From NCBI GenBank assembly GCA_023131555.1, contig JAGLZJ010000001.1, positions 1 to 35,585 of the forward strand: DNA of 35,585 bases, given 5' to 3'. This DNA comes from Candidatus Bathyarchaeota archaeon. GTDB lineage: Archaea > Thermoproteota > Bathyarchaeia > Bathyarchaeales > SOJC01. Position numbers and translations under genes: made by a program. Every line of letters starts with the position of its first letter. Position 1 is the stretch's first letter. A model generated the notes under the pieces. That model was not told the origin of the DNA, made no database searches, and worked only from the letters and a program-made list of their open reading frames with translations. Below, in pieces: positions 1 through 8,843 of this stretch.

Positions 1-1350
<1,350 letters not shown>

Positions 1351-1372
1351 CCTCATAGACAATGTGCTGATT

Positions 1373-3484
1373 TCATAGGATATATCGATGTCTATCTTTG
1401 AACTCCTGAACTTTTCCTGCGTTCCATCCTCGCAACTGCTGATAGTATCCCGTAATTCTCGACCAATGCTCCAGCTCATCGTCGGTCGCCCCGCAATTCT
1501 TACATTTAATTTGCAGACTTCCTTCCATCGTGCCACATCTTCTACAAATCGTGATGTCTCGAGTGAAGGCGAAGTACGAAGCCAACGATTTCGTAGCGAT
1601 TCGCTTTGTGAAGCTCCAAAGAGCCCTAGGTGAAGGGTGTTCTTCTCCCAGCCAAATGTGCATTATCGCTCCACCCTTGGTTAAAGGGTGGAAGCTTGCT
1701 TCGATCTGCATTCTCTCGGTCAATGCAATTCCTGCGGAGGGACGAACGTGAGAGCTATTTGTGTAGTATATGCCACCATTACCAGTGTCCCCTTGAACAA
1801 CTGCTGCACTTCCCAACAGTTTTCTATCAATTAGAGCCAATCTGTGGGCGCAGCTCTCTGCTGGGGTTTGAATGCACCCAAAGCGGTAGCCTGTCTCTTC
1901 CGCGTAGGCGTCAACTCGCTTGACCATGTGGTCAATAACTTCAAGGCCGAAACGCCATGAAGACGGGTCATCATGTAGCTCCATATTCAGGTGTGCTTTC
2001 AAGAGTTCATTGAGGCCAACGAAGCCTATGTTGAGTACTTGCTTGTCCAAGTTCAAGTAGGGTTCGCCAAAGCAATCCATTGTGCAGAATGGAAGCGAAC
2101 CTTCTTTCATCCTCTTTTTCACAATCCGACGTTTGATTAGCAGAACTTCCTTAGCAAAATCCATTCGCGAGTCCAGAATCTCATAGAGTCGTGAATCGTC
2201 TCCTTTTGCGTCATATGCGATACGAGGTAGGTTTATGGTGACAACTTGGAGGCTTCCCATTCTCATTGCACCTTTGTGGAAGTCTTTCAGTTCATCTCCA
2301 TCAGGCGTAAAGATGAGCCGGCAACATTGGCTGTTCACGATGTCGGGCATGTATTCTGGGCAGAGATTGAGGAAGTAAGGAGTTCCGAACTTCGATGCTA
2401 AAGCAGAAACCTTGAGATACTCGTCTTCAAATTCCTCCAAGTACTCGGGTCTGAGTTTTACTTCGCATTTGGGAAAGTTGAACATCTTTCCTGAGAAATC
2501 ACCGTTCATGTAGACATCGAGGATTGCGTTGAAGAATGCGTTGGCCTCTTCATAGTAGTCGGAGTATGTTGTCGCGTCACTAGCTTTCCCGCCTGGGAGA
2601 ACAGCAGGCACATCTTGGATGATCTTTGGCACAGCGCACTCCAAAGCGATGGATGAGAAGACTGTTTGTCCACCACGGGCAACATACATCTGTGACATCT
2701 CGTAGATGAACATTTGAGCCAGTTGCTTAAGGCGTTTGTATGGTAAACCTTTCAAGAAGGGAGCAAGATATACATTGAAGAAGTCGTAACCTTGACCTCC
2801 AGCCCAGTTAGTCTGAGCAGCAGCTAAAGCCTTTGCAGCGTGAAGGATAGCAACCTCAGGATGTCTTGCAGGTCCAGCAACTGCTGTATGTACGCCTTGC
2901 CCGTCGACAATTAGACCTTTTCTGAGAAAGAAACGCAGATCATGTTCTTGGCAGAAAGGTCTGGTTGCGAAATACTCGAGATCATGAATGTGGATAGTTC
3001 CGGCAATATGAGCATCAGCTAATCGCGGAGGTAAGCAGTTCAGAAGGGAGTATTGGTCGAAGATAGTGTCTGCAGCCAGTTTGTGAATGGTCTCCGGGTT
3101 GTGTTGCAGATTGGCGTTTTCCCGGTCACGAGAGCGAATAAGTCTTTCAACATCAAAGACGGGAAGACCGAGTCGTGTATACTTGGCTCGGGGGGTCTCA
3201 TAGTTGTTTTCCAATAGGGAAACACATACAAACTCTCGAATTAAGGGAGCCGACAGAAAGCCCAGATTTAAAGAGTTTAGTCGATTAGCTGTGTCTTGAG
3301 CAATCTTATCTGCAACTTCTTTTGAGAGTCCGGTCTCCTTCACCAAGGAATCGATGATTCTTTCCGGTTCGAAATCTTCAAACACAATCCCGGATGTTCT
3401 CACCTTGGGGAAATATTTAAGCGAATCAACGGCATACTCGGTTTCAGTCGTAGAAAACCCTCGCAACAGAGCATCATTACACAC
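1373..3484 (-). CDS. nrdD: Anaerobic ribonucleoside-triphosphate reductase, class III (NrdD), apparently intact
   Basis: 703 aa with an N-terminal ATP-cone-like segment and the finger-loop NSQCCRLIF (Cys codons at 2321-2326). A C-terminal Zn ribbon (CRRCG...CKNCG) is followed by the glycyl-radical motif SRITGYYQQ (Gly codon 1448-1450). The start is GTG at 3484. Confidence 0.92.
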   Translation of the reverse strand: MCNDALLRGFSTTETEYAVDSLKYFPKVRTSGIVFEDFEPERIIDSLVKETGLSKEVADKIAQDTANRLNSLNLGFLSAPLIREFVCVSLLENNYETPRAKYTRLGLPVFDVERLIRSRDRENANLQHNPETIHKLAADTIFDQYSLLNCLPPRLADAHIAGTIHIHDLEYFATRPFCQEHDLRFFLRKGLIVDGQGVHTAVAGPARHPEVAILHAAKALAAAQTNWAGGQGYDFFNVYLAPFLKGLPYKRLKQLAQMFIYEMSQMYVARGGQTVFSSIALECAVPKIIQDVPAVLPGGKASDATTYSDYYEEANAFFNAILDVYMNGDFSGKMFNFPKCEVKLRPEYLEEFEDEYLKVSALASKFGTPYFLNLCPEYMPDIVNSQCCRLIFTPDGDELKDFHKGAMRMGSLQVVTINLPRIAYDAKGDDSRLYEILDSRMDFAKEVLLIKRRIVKKRMKEGSLPFCTMDCFGEPYLNLDKQVLNIGFVGLNELLKAHLNMELHDDPSSWRFGLEVIDHMVKRVDAYAEETGYRFGCIQTPAESCAHRLALIDRKLLGSAAVVQGDTGNGGIYYTNSSHVRPSAGIALTERMQIEASFHPLTKGGAIMHIWLGEEHPSPRALWSFTKRIATKSLASYFAFTRDITICRRCGTMEGSLQIKCKNCGATDDELEHWSRITGYYQQLRGWNAGKVQEFKDRHRYIL

Positions 3485-3516
3485 ACATTGTCTTTTAGCA
3501 ATTCAATTGACAGAAT

Positions 3517-3527
3517 CATATAAAAAA
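3517..3527 (-). promoter_or_regulatory. Candidate TATA box of the nrdD promoter
   Basis: The minus strand reads TTTTTTATATG about 35 nt upstream of the GTG start at 3484, which is compatible with an archaeal TATA at about -27 and a short leader. Confidence 0.3.
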
Positions 3528-3684
3528 GCAGGGATGTGCTTGAGAATTTCAAAGCCTGTTTCGCATAAAATGTGTTAATTTTATAGCGGGGGGATTTGAC
3601 TTAAGATTTTTAGTACTTTTTGTATAAAATTTTAGAGTGTATAGCCCACGGAATTCACAGCGACTACCCGCGTCAGCTATGGAT

Positions 3685-5832
3685 TCAGAATGCAAGAAAG
3701 CGCTCGTAAGCAGGATCAGCCATTTCTGAGGTGTTCGTCAACGGGGACAGTCGAGTGGATCCGCAATGCGGACATCTAGCGTGGGTTCCAATGGTCGAAC
3801 TCCTGCATCTATGGCAAATCGTGAAGAATAGTTGGTAGTTGAAAAACCCAATATTCCTTATTGTAAGTTTTTCAGTAATTGGTGCTAGGCCCTCGGGAGT
3901 GAGTGGAGCAAGCTCGTGTAAGATGCAACTCATGTGACCTCCGTGTGAAAGCTGATGAATTCGCTCTTCAATGTCAAGTCTTTCTTCCTGGAAGGGGGAG
4001 ATTTCGTCGACATCTGAGTAGGAGGGCGCTGCTTGGAAGTAGGAGGTTTTTACCATACTTAAGCCGTATTTCTCTAGGTCAAGTTCATAAACTCGTCTTT
4101 TCGCCACCCTGTTTGGAACGATTGCGGGAACAAGTCTGCAATCCGGCTTCTTCCTGAATCGAGATATGTGCTTGTTTACATGTTTAAGGATCTTTTCGAT
4201 AAGGATGTATGTTCGCCCCATGTTGACTTCTTTGTGCGGAAGTATCAGTGCATTGACGGCGTTTGTCAGACCAAGAAGGTTAATTACACGCGTTGTATTC
4301 TCGAGTTTGAAGGAGTCTTCATCGACTTCACAGGCGAGGTATGGTAGAAGGTTCTGTTGGATTCTTTTTTCTATAGCGCGGTATTTAACGTCTAGTGCTT
4401 CAATCGCGATGTCAAGTTGATCTTCAAGCAGATCCAAGAACTTGTCCTCGTCAGATCTCGCTTCAAAGCTGATTCTAGGCAAGTTTATTGTTATAACGTC
4501 TAAGTTTCCCGTGCGATGAGTGTCCAGATCAGATTCTTTGTGCCAGTCGTCTGTCAGTCTAAGACCTGATGCAGAGTACGATGCATGCTTTTGGTTTTCG
4601 AATTGGAGATTTGCGAAATTTACCAGAATGCTCGTTGAGGCCAGTCGATGGGCTTCATGGATAATGTTATTAAAGGATTCATCTTGGGCAGTCTTTGATT
4701 CAAGCTTGACCACGATTCTCGGGTTTAAGAGAGGGTGTTCTATATTCTCTGCAATGAGAGCTCTGAGGAGAAGTGACGCAAAGCTTAAGCTATCACCTTC
4801 GAAGGAGCTTTCTTTTTCATTCGAAAAACTCAGGCTGATTGTCGTTGGGATGGCAGATGTAAGATTGAGACCTCTTATGAAAAGCCTCAGGAGATGCTCT
4901 ATTCTCTTAGACTTGAGATTCCGTGAATAAGCAGCTAGATGTAGATTGAAATCGTCCAGATTTTGGTACCCTGTTGTTTCTGTTGAGATTCTTCGAACGC
5001 TTTTTAATATTGTATTAAGCGCTGACTCCAGTGTTCGAGGGTTTTGCTTTTCCAGAAGATGTGAAATATCATGAGTCATCTCGTGAGGTTTCAGTACCCA
5101 TGTTCCCAGATTATCGAGATGGATGCTTCCACTAAGATGAGCGTCTGCAATTCTCCTTGGCAGAACGTTCAGTAGGGTGTATTCCTCCATGACTGAGTCG
5201 GCAGCTGCTTTGCGGATCGCACTTGCGTTTGGTTGCTGTGAATTAAGCAGACGCGTGACTTCGTGTACAGGTAGACCCAGACGGGTAAGTTTGTGTCTGT
5301 AGTCTTCATAGTGTTTCTCTAGCAGAATGGCGTTTACGATCTCGCGGATTAATGGAGCGGTGAGATACTTGGTTTTGAATCGTTGGAGGCGTTTCTCAGT
5401 CTCGCGAGCAATTCTAAGAGCAAGGTCTGTTGGCACTCCAGCCTCCGTCACCAAAGACTGGGCGATTCTGTTCCGGTCAAATTCCTCCATAGTAAGGTTG
5501 GATGTTCTTACCAGCATCTTCCAGCGTTTGTATGTCCGATCTTCTATCTCGTCTGTAATCTCGATTATTCGACGGCCTAAGACTGTCAAGCTATATCTCT
5601 TGGTCTCGATTTCGGGTTCTATCAGATCGGCGTTTATCAGAGACTTCAAATGATACGCAAATCGACCTGCGTCTCTGCTAGAGTCAAGCTTCAAGGAACT
5701 CATAATTTCGGTATAGGACATTGAGCCGCGGTCTAGAACCATGTCAAGGATCTGCAGACGTATTGGAGAGGATATGGCCTTCAGAACTTTCATTCCAGCC
5801 TTGTGTATCCCTACGTATTTCGGACTGGGCAT
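3685..5832 (-). CDS. Winged-helix DNA-binding domain + ATP-cone-like + NrdD-like body lacking radical-chemistry residues (pseudo-RNR, putative regulator)
   Basis: 715 aa. The N-terminus is ArsR-like wHTH: AISSPIRLQILDMVLDRGSMSYTEIMSSL...RFAYHLKSLINADLIE...YSLTVLGRRIIE. The remainder aligns block by block with the neighbouring NrdD (LTAPLIREIV, TRLGLPV, ADAH, VITINLPRI, terminal CxxC..CxxC). The finger loop reads SASGLRLTD (4555-4569) instead of NSQCCRLIF, and no R-x-x-G-Y motif follows the Zn ribbon. Confidence 0.8.
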   Translation of the reverse strand: MPSPKYVGIHKAGMKVLKAISSPIRLQILDMVLDRGSMSYTEIMSSLKLDSSRDAGRFAYHLKSLINADLIEPEIETKRYSLTVLGRRIIEITDEIEDRTYKRWKMLVRTSNLTMEEFDRNRIAQSLVTEAGVPTDLALRIARETEKRLQRFKTKYLTAPLIREIVNAILLEKHYEDYRHKLTRLGLPVHEVTRLLNSQQPNASAIRKAAADSVMEEYTLLNVLPRRIADAHLSGSIHLDNLGTWVLKPHEMTHDISHLLEKQNPRTLESALNTILKSVRRISTETTGYQNLDDFNLHLAAYSRNLKSKRIEHLLRLFIRGLNLTSAIPTTISLSFSNEKESSFEGDSLSFASLLLRALIAENIEHPLLNPRIVVKLESKTAQDESFNNIIHEAHRLASTSILVNFANLQFENQKHASYSASGLRLTDDWHKESDLDTHRTGNLDVITINLPRISFEARSDEDKFLDLLEDQLDIAIEALDVKYRAIEKRIQQNLLPYLACEVDEDSFKLENTTRVINLLGLTNAVNALILPHKEVNMGRTYILIEKILKHVNKHISRFRKKPDCRLVPAIVPNRVAKRRVYELDLEKYGLSMVKTSYFQAAPSYSDVDEISPFQEERLDIEERIHQLSHGGHMSCILHELAPLTPEGLAPITEKLTIRNIGFFNYQLFFTICHRCRSSTIGTHARCPHCGSTRLSPLTNTSEMADPAYERFLAF

Positions 5833-5961
5833 AGTCGCATTTCACTCCGTTTCATGCAGGTTGTCGTCATCAGAGAGTCAAGAGAGCCTACTTACGCTCG
5901 CCCGTAACCTTCAACCTGATAATCCTTAAATCATTATTGCTCAATTCTCATAGACAGATAG

Positions 5962-6063
5962 GCGGCGGTAGCCAAGCCAGGTCAACAGACAGTGACCAAA
6001 GGCGAAGGACTCAAGATCCTTTCCCATAGGGGTTCGCCGGTTCGAATCCGGCCCGCCGCACCA
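5962..6063 (+). tRNA. tRNA-Leu (anticodon CAA) with long variable arm, genomically encoded CCA and an extra 14 nt in the D-loop
   Basis: Acceptor GCGGCGG (5962-5968) pairs with CCGCCGC (6053-6059), followed by discriminator A and CCA at 6061-6063. The T-arm is GCCGG-TTCGAAT-CCGGC. The anticodon arm is AAGGA-CTCAAGA-TCCTT (CAA), and the variable arm is CCC-ATA-GGG. The total is 102 nt, which is 88 nt after removing the insertion. Confidence 0.88.
5986..5999 (+). other. Putative non-canonical tRNA intron in the D-loop (14 nt; boundaries ambiguous by up to 3 nt because CAA flanks both sides)
   Basis: The D-arm reads GCCAAGCCAGGTCAA[CAGACAGTGACCAA]AGGCG. Without the bracketed segment it matches the usual archaeal tRNA-Leu D-arm (GCC.AG.C.GG..AAAGGCG). 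GGTCA (5980-5984) and TGACC (5993-5997) can pair across the insertion. Confidence 0.5.
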
Positions 6064-6117
6064 ATACATTCTAAGCTTCTAGAAGTTCGACGATTCTATT
6101 CAGTATGAGTAGATCAG

Positions 6118-6750
6118 TTAGACGTGAGTTGACTCCTCGATGGCTCCTTCGGGTGTGAAGATGAGAAAATCCACGCCGTTACCACTCATTGAGTCACGGC
6201 TTATGGCTGATTTCATTGCGCGCATTGCTACCTCTTTGGATTCCTGTACGCTCATATCTTCCTTGAAGTTCTCCTCCAACACGCCTACAGCAATCTCAGC
6301 GCCAGTGCCAACAGCAGAATACTTATCGGGGATGACGGATCCTAAGACATCAAGGACGTACATTGAAGGGCCATCTTCATCTACGCCACCGATTATTGTC
6401 TGCGTGATCAGCGGGAAAAGACGCCTGCCAAAGAGGAGGTTCGACATCACCTTGGCTGCAGATCTGACGGAGATTCTTCTGTGTGTCTCAAATCTGAAAA
6501 GGTTTGCATAAGCCTCAACATCTCTAATGAGGACCTGCATGTCGGAAACAAGTCCTGCGCATCCTGCACCGATATGATCGGTGATTTTGAAAACTTTCTT
6601 TCCTGCTTTGCTTGTGACAAAGTAGCCGTATGTTACACGCTTCTCGGCAGCCAACAACACTCCCTTAGAGCCTACGATACCAAGAGTTGTCGCACCTGGC
6701 ATCAAATAATAAGGGTATTTCTGACCGAGTTCATTCAATTTGGATGCCAC
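6118..6750 (-). CDS. psmB: Proteasome subunit beta
   Basis: 210 aa. A short propeptide is followed by the active-site TTLGIVGSKGVLLAAEKR; GAGCAG and the overall Ntn-hydrolase pattern are also present. Confidence 0.93.
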   Translation of the reverse strand: MASKLNELGQKYPYYLMPGATTLGIVGSKGVLLAAEKRVTYGYFVTSKAGKKVFKITDHIGAGCAGLVSDMQVLIRDVEAYANLFRFETHRRISVRSAAKVMSNLLFGRRLFPLITQTIIGGVDEDGPSMYVLDVLGSVIPDKYSAVGTGAEIAVGVLEENFKEDMSVQESKEVAMRAMKSAISRDSMSGNGVDFLIFTPEGAIEESTHV

Positions 6751-6862
6751 CTTGATTTCGGTTGATTATAGAATGCCGATCATTTAAATCTACTCATAGT
6801 AGACAACGTGGGTTTTGGAAAGTATTTAATTGATTGGGCAACTAAATCAGGCAGGGGAGTCC

Positions 6863-7009
6863 ATGACTCCAAGAGGCAAGATAGTCAGCACGTACTGGCA
6901 AGGCGCGTTGAGACGATACTCAAGTTTCTGGAAGAAGGATACCATGCTAATGAAAGAGAAGTCAAACATCTCGCAACTTAGGATTGAACACTTCTGTTCA
7001 GAGAGCTAG
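6863..7009 (+). CDS. Possible small basic protein (48 aa), unknown function
   Basis: Below the track cutoff. The ORF ATG 6863 to TAG 7007-7009 translates as MTPRGKIVSTYWQGALRRYSSFWKKDTMLMKEKSNISQLRIEHFCSES. It is preceded by AGGGGAGTC (6853-6861), and its stop overlaps a second copy of AGGGGAGTC (7008-7016) that serves the next gene. I recognise no homology. Confidence 0.2.
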   Translation: MTPRGKIVSTYWQGALRRYSSFWKKDTMLMKEKSNISQLRIEHFCSES

Positions 7010-7022
7010 GGGAGTCTCAATT

Positions 7023-7541
7023 ATGAGAGGGCTATACATCGGTCGATTTCAGCCTTTCCACATGGGACACCTGCACGCTGTGAAGCACGCACTAAGCGAA
7101 GTCAACGAAGTGATTATTGTAGTTGGCAGTGCCCAGCGCAGCCACTCGCTCGACAATCCATTCACGGCTGGTGAGCGAATGGTGATGGTTCGAGAGGCTT
7201 TGAACGAAGGAGGTATTTCTCCACTGAAGTATTGGATCATTCCTATTCGTGACCTGAATGTTCACATGATGTGGGTATCCGAAGTAAAGGGTTACACACC
7301 AGAGTTTGAAAGAGTGTACTCGAATGAACCTCTCACTCGCCGGCTCTTCTTGGAGGCAGGCTACCGAGTTGAGTCGATTCCCTTCAAAAACAGAAGTCGC
7401 TATTCAGCTACAGAAATCCGAAGAAGAATGGTAAATGGTGAGCATTGGAAGAACCTTGTTCCAAAGATTGTCGCTGAATTTATAGAACAGATTGGGGGAG
7501 TTGACAGGCTAGTGGACTTGACCAAGACAGATGACGGTTAG
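7023..7541 (+). CDS. nadM: Nicotinamide-nucleotide adenylyltransferase (archaeal NMNAT)
   Basis: MRGLYIGRFQPFHMGHLHAVKHAL carries the (H/T)xGH nucleotidyltransferase motif, and the C-terminal SATEIRRRM is ISSTxxR-like. I prefer ATG 7023 with GGGGAG 8 nt upstream over the track TTG at 6984. Confidence 0.9.
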   Translation: MRGLYIGRFQPFHMGHLHAVKHALSEVNEVIIVVGSAQRSHSLDNPFTAGERMVMVREALNEGGISPLKYWIIPIRDLNVHMMWVSEVKGYTPEFERVYSNEPLTRRLFLEAGYRVESIPFKNRSRYSATEIRRRMVNGEHWKNLVPKIVAEFIEQIGGVDRLVDLTKTDDG

Positions 7542-7771
7542 CACGGTTTCTGTTTGCGTGCAGATATGTACATGAATCGCCGCTCCTTACAACGCGCGGA
7601 GGTTGATTCTTACTAATTCCGCATCACAATATTCGCACGCACGGTCAGGGCTTAAATATTACGCGCGCGCATTGGCACACATAGGCGGCTTTATAGTTGG
7701 TGTAGTGCTAGCACTGTTGCAAAGATTTTCTTCAAAAGAGCATGTATGAAAAAAGATTATTCTGGCAAGGA

Positions 7772-8392
7772 TCAAATAGCACCAAGAAGGAAAGCTAGTC
7801 CAACCGTGATTGCTCCAGCAGCAAGAGTTTGGACACCATAAAGTAGAATGTTCTCCTTTGCTATCCTGCCAAGATAGAGCCCTAATAAGAACAGTGCTGA
7901 TAGTGAAACAATAACGGAGATAACGTAAGCGTCCCATATCACTAGGGTTCCTCTTATCGTAAGTGCAAAGGGGATTAGGGAGAAAATGCCTGTAAGTATT
8001 GGTGATGCTCCATCGACTATTGCAGCGTAAATCGAAACGAAGTTTGAAGCTTCCTCGAAGATGGAGTCCTGTAAATCAGTAATCATCGCCGCTTCGAGCG
8101 TCTTGAGATGTCTCTTTCTCTCTGCGCGCTCTGTCATATAGGCTCCAAATAGACCAGATATCCCCATAGCCAGGCATGCGCCCAAGCCTGCCGTGACAAT
8201 TATGCGAGGTTCAATGACCCCCGCGATCCATGAACCTACAACGATACCGAGCATCGTCATAGACCCATCAAAACCATTCTTGACGAAATATCTCCGAGCG
8301 ATTGGATTCATCTGCGTAATCCGTAAATACATCTTAATTTTCTGGAAGAAGGCTCTAGTAGACTGCAAAATCTTACCACTCTGAGAAGACAA
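7772..8392 (-). CDS. VIT1/CCC1-family (DUF125) membrane protein, putative Fe/Mn transporter
   Basis: RRYFVKNGFDGSMTMLGIVVGS..., a central charged helix ERAERKRHLKTLE, and about 5 TM segments typical of the short archaeal VIT family. The track start is TTG 8392; in-frame ATGs at 8332 and 8311 are alternatives. Confidence 0.7.
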   Translation of the reverse strand: MSSQSGKILQSTRAFFQKIKMYLRITQMNPIARRYFVKNGFDGSMTMLGIVVGSWIAGVIEPRIIVTAGLGACLAMGISGLFGAYMTERAERKRHLKTLEAAMITDLQDSIFEEASNFVSIYAAIVDGASPILTGIFSLIPFALTIRGTLVIWDAYVISVIVSLSALFLLGLYLGRIAKENILLYGVQTLAAGAITVGLAFLLGAI

Positions 8393-8490
8393 AGTCTCTC
8401 ATTCGAGTCACATATCTAATTATCGAACACACCCAGAAGATATAAAGATTAACATATGTGCGACTCGTCGCCAAATTACGCGATGAGGTC

Positions 8491-8766
8491 TTAGGAGAGT
8501 TGAGGATCAGTATTAGCCACACTAATTTCGTCTACGCCTCTAATCGAAACACCGTATTTCGTCATCACCTTTGTAACTGCATCGTGATCTATCTGGGCCC
8601 CTTTTATAGTCAGCTTGATTGTCTCAGTTTTGGAGTCAACCTCGCTAACGATAATGTCCACACCTTCCACGCCTCCAGCGTATCCAACCGCCTTAGCTAA
8701 TTCAACGATGGAAGTTTCACGGGGTTTAAGAGCGTCAAAAAGAAGTCGCCTAATGGCCACACTCAT
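8491..8766 (-). CDS. DUF211-family small archaeal protein
   Basis: 91 aa. IRRLLFDALKPRETSIVELAKAV...VEGVDIIVSEVDSKTETIKLTIKGAQIDHDAV...GVSIRGVDEI matches my recollection of the DUF211 pattern (IRRLVLDVLKPHEPSI.ELA...GV.GVNI.V.E.D..TE.IKITIEG..ID). Confidence 0.7.
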   Translation of the reverse strand: MSVAIRRLLFDALKPRETSIVELAKAVGYAGGVEGVDIIVSEVDSKTETIKLTIKGAQIDHDAVTKVMTKYGVSIRGVDEISVANTDPQLS

Positions 8767-8843
8767 TTGATATCGATTATAGTTTGCACGCCTTGGCTTT
8801 AAATCTTTGTGGAGCCTTCTAGACAGTCCACTACTTTAATGGC

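Noticed and set aside
5855-5875. C-box-like CTGATGA motifs (minus strand near 5865; plus strand at 14457-14463) were examined as possible C/D box sRNAs, given nop5/flpA in the window. The intergenic spacers 20267-20340, 22201-22281, 27018-27130 and 30721-30797 were scanned as well.
   Set aside because: The first base is C rather than a purine. No CUGA D box lies at the right distance, there is no C-prime/D-prime pair, and the motifs fall in a 5-prime leader or inside an ORF. I found no convincing C/D sRNA by eye, but a covariance-model scan is still advisable.
1388-5929. Many 60-136-aa plus-strand ORFs in the track lie inside the two minus-strand RNR-like genes (for example 1388-1633, 1630-1923, 3903-4157, 4520-4930, 5327-5653).
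   Set aside because: They lie entirely antisense to long ORFs that have strong family motifs. They have no motifs of their own and no ribosome-binding sites, so they are typical shadow ORFs.
6104-6798. An 11-bp inverted repeat, TATGAGTAGAT (6104-6114) and ATCTACTCATA (6788-6798), flanks psmB next to the tRNA gene. It could hint at a mobile cassette or integration scar.
   Set aside because: A single 11-mer match is expected by chance many times in a 35-kb window when both strands are considered. psmB is a core gene, and there is no integrase, no target-site duplication and no partial tRNA copy.
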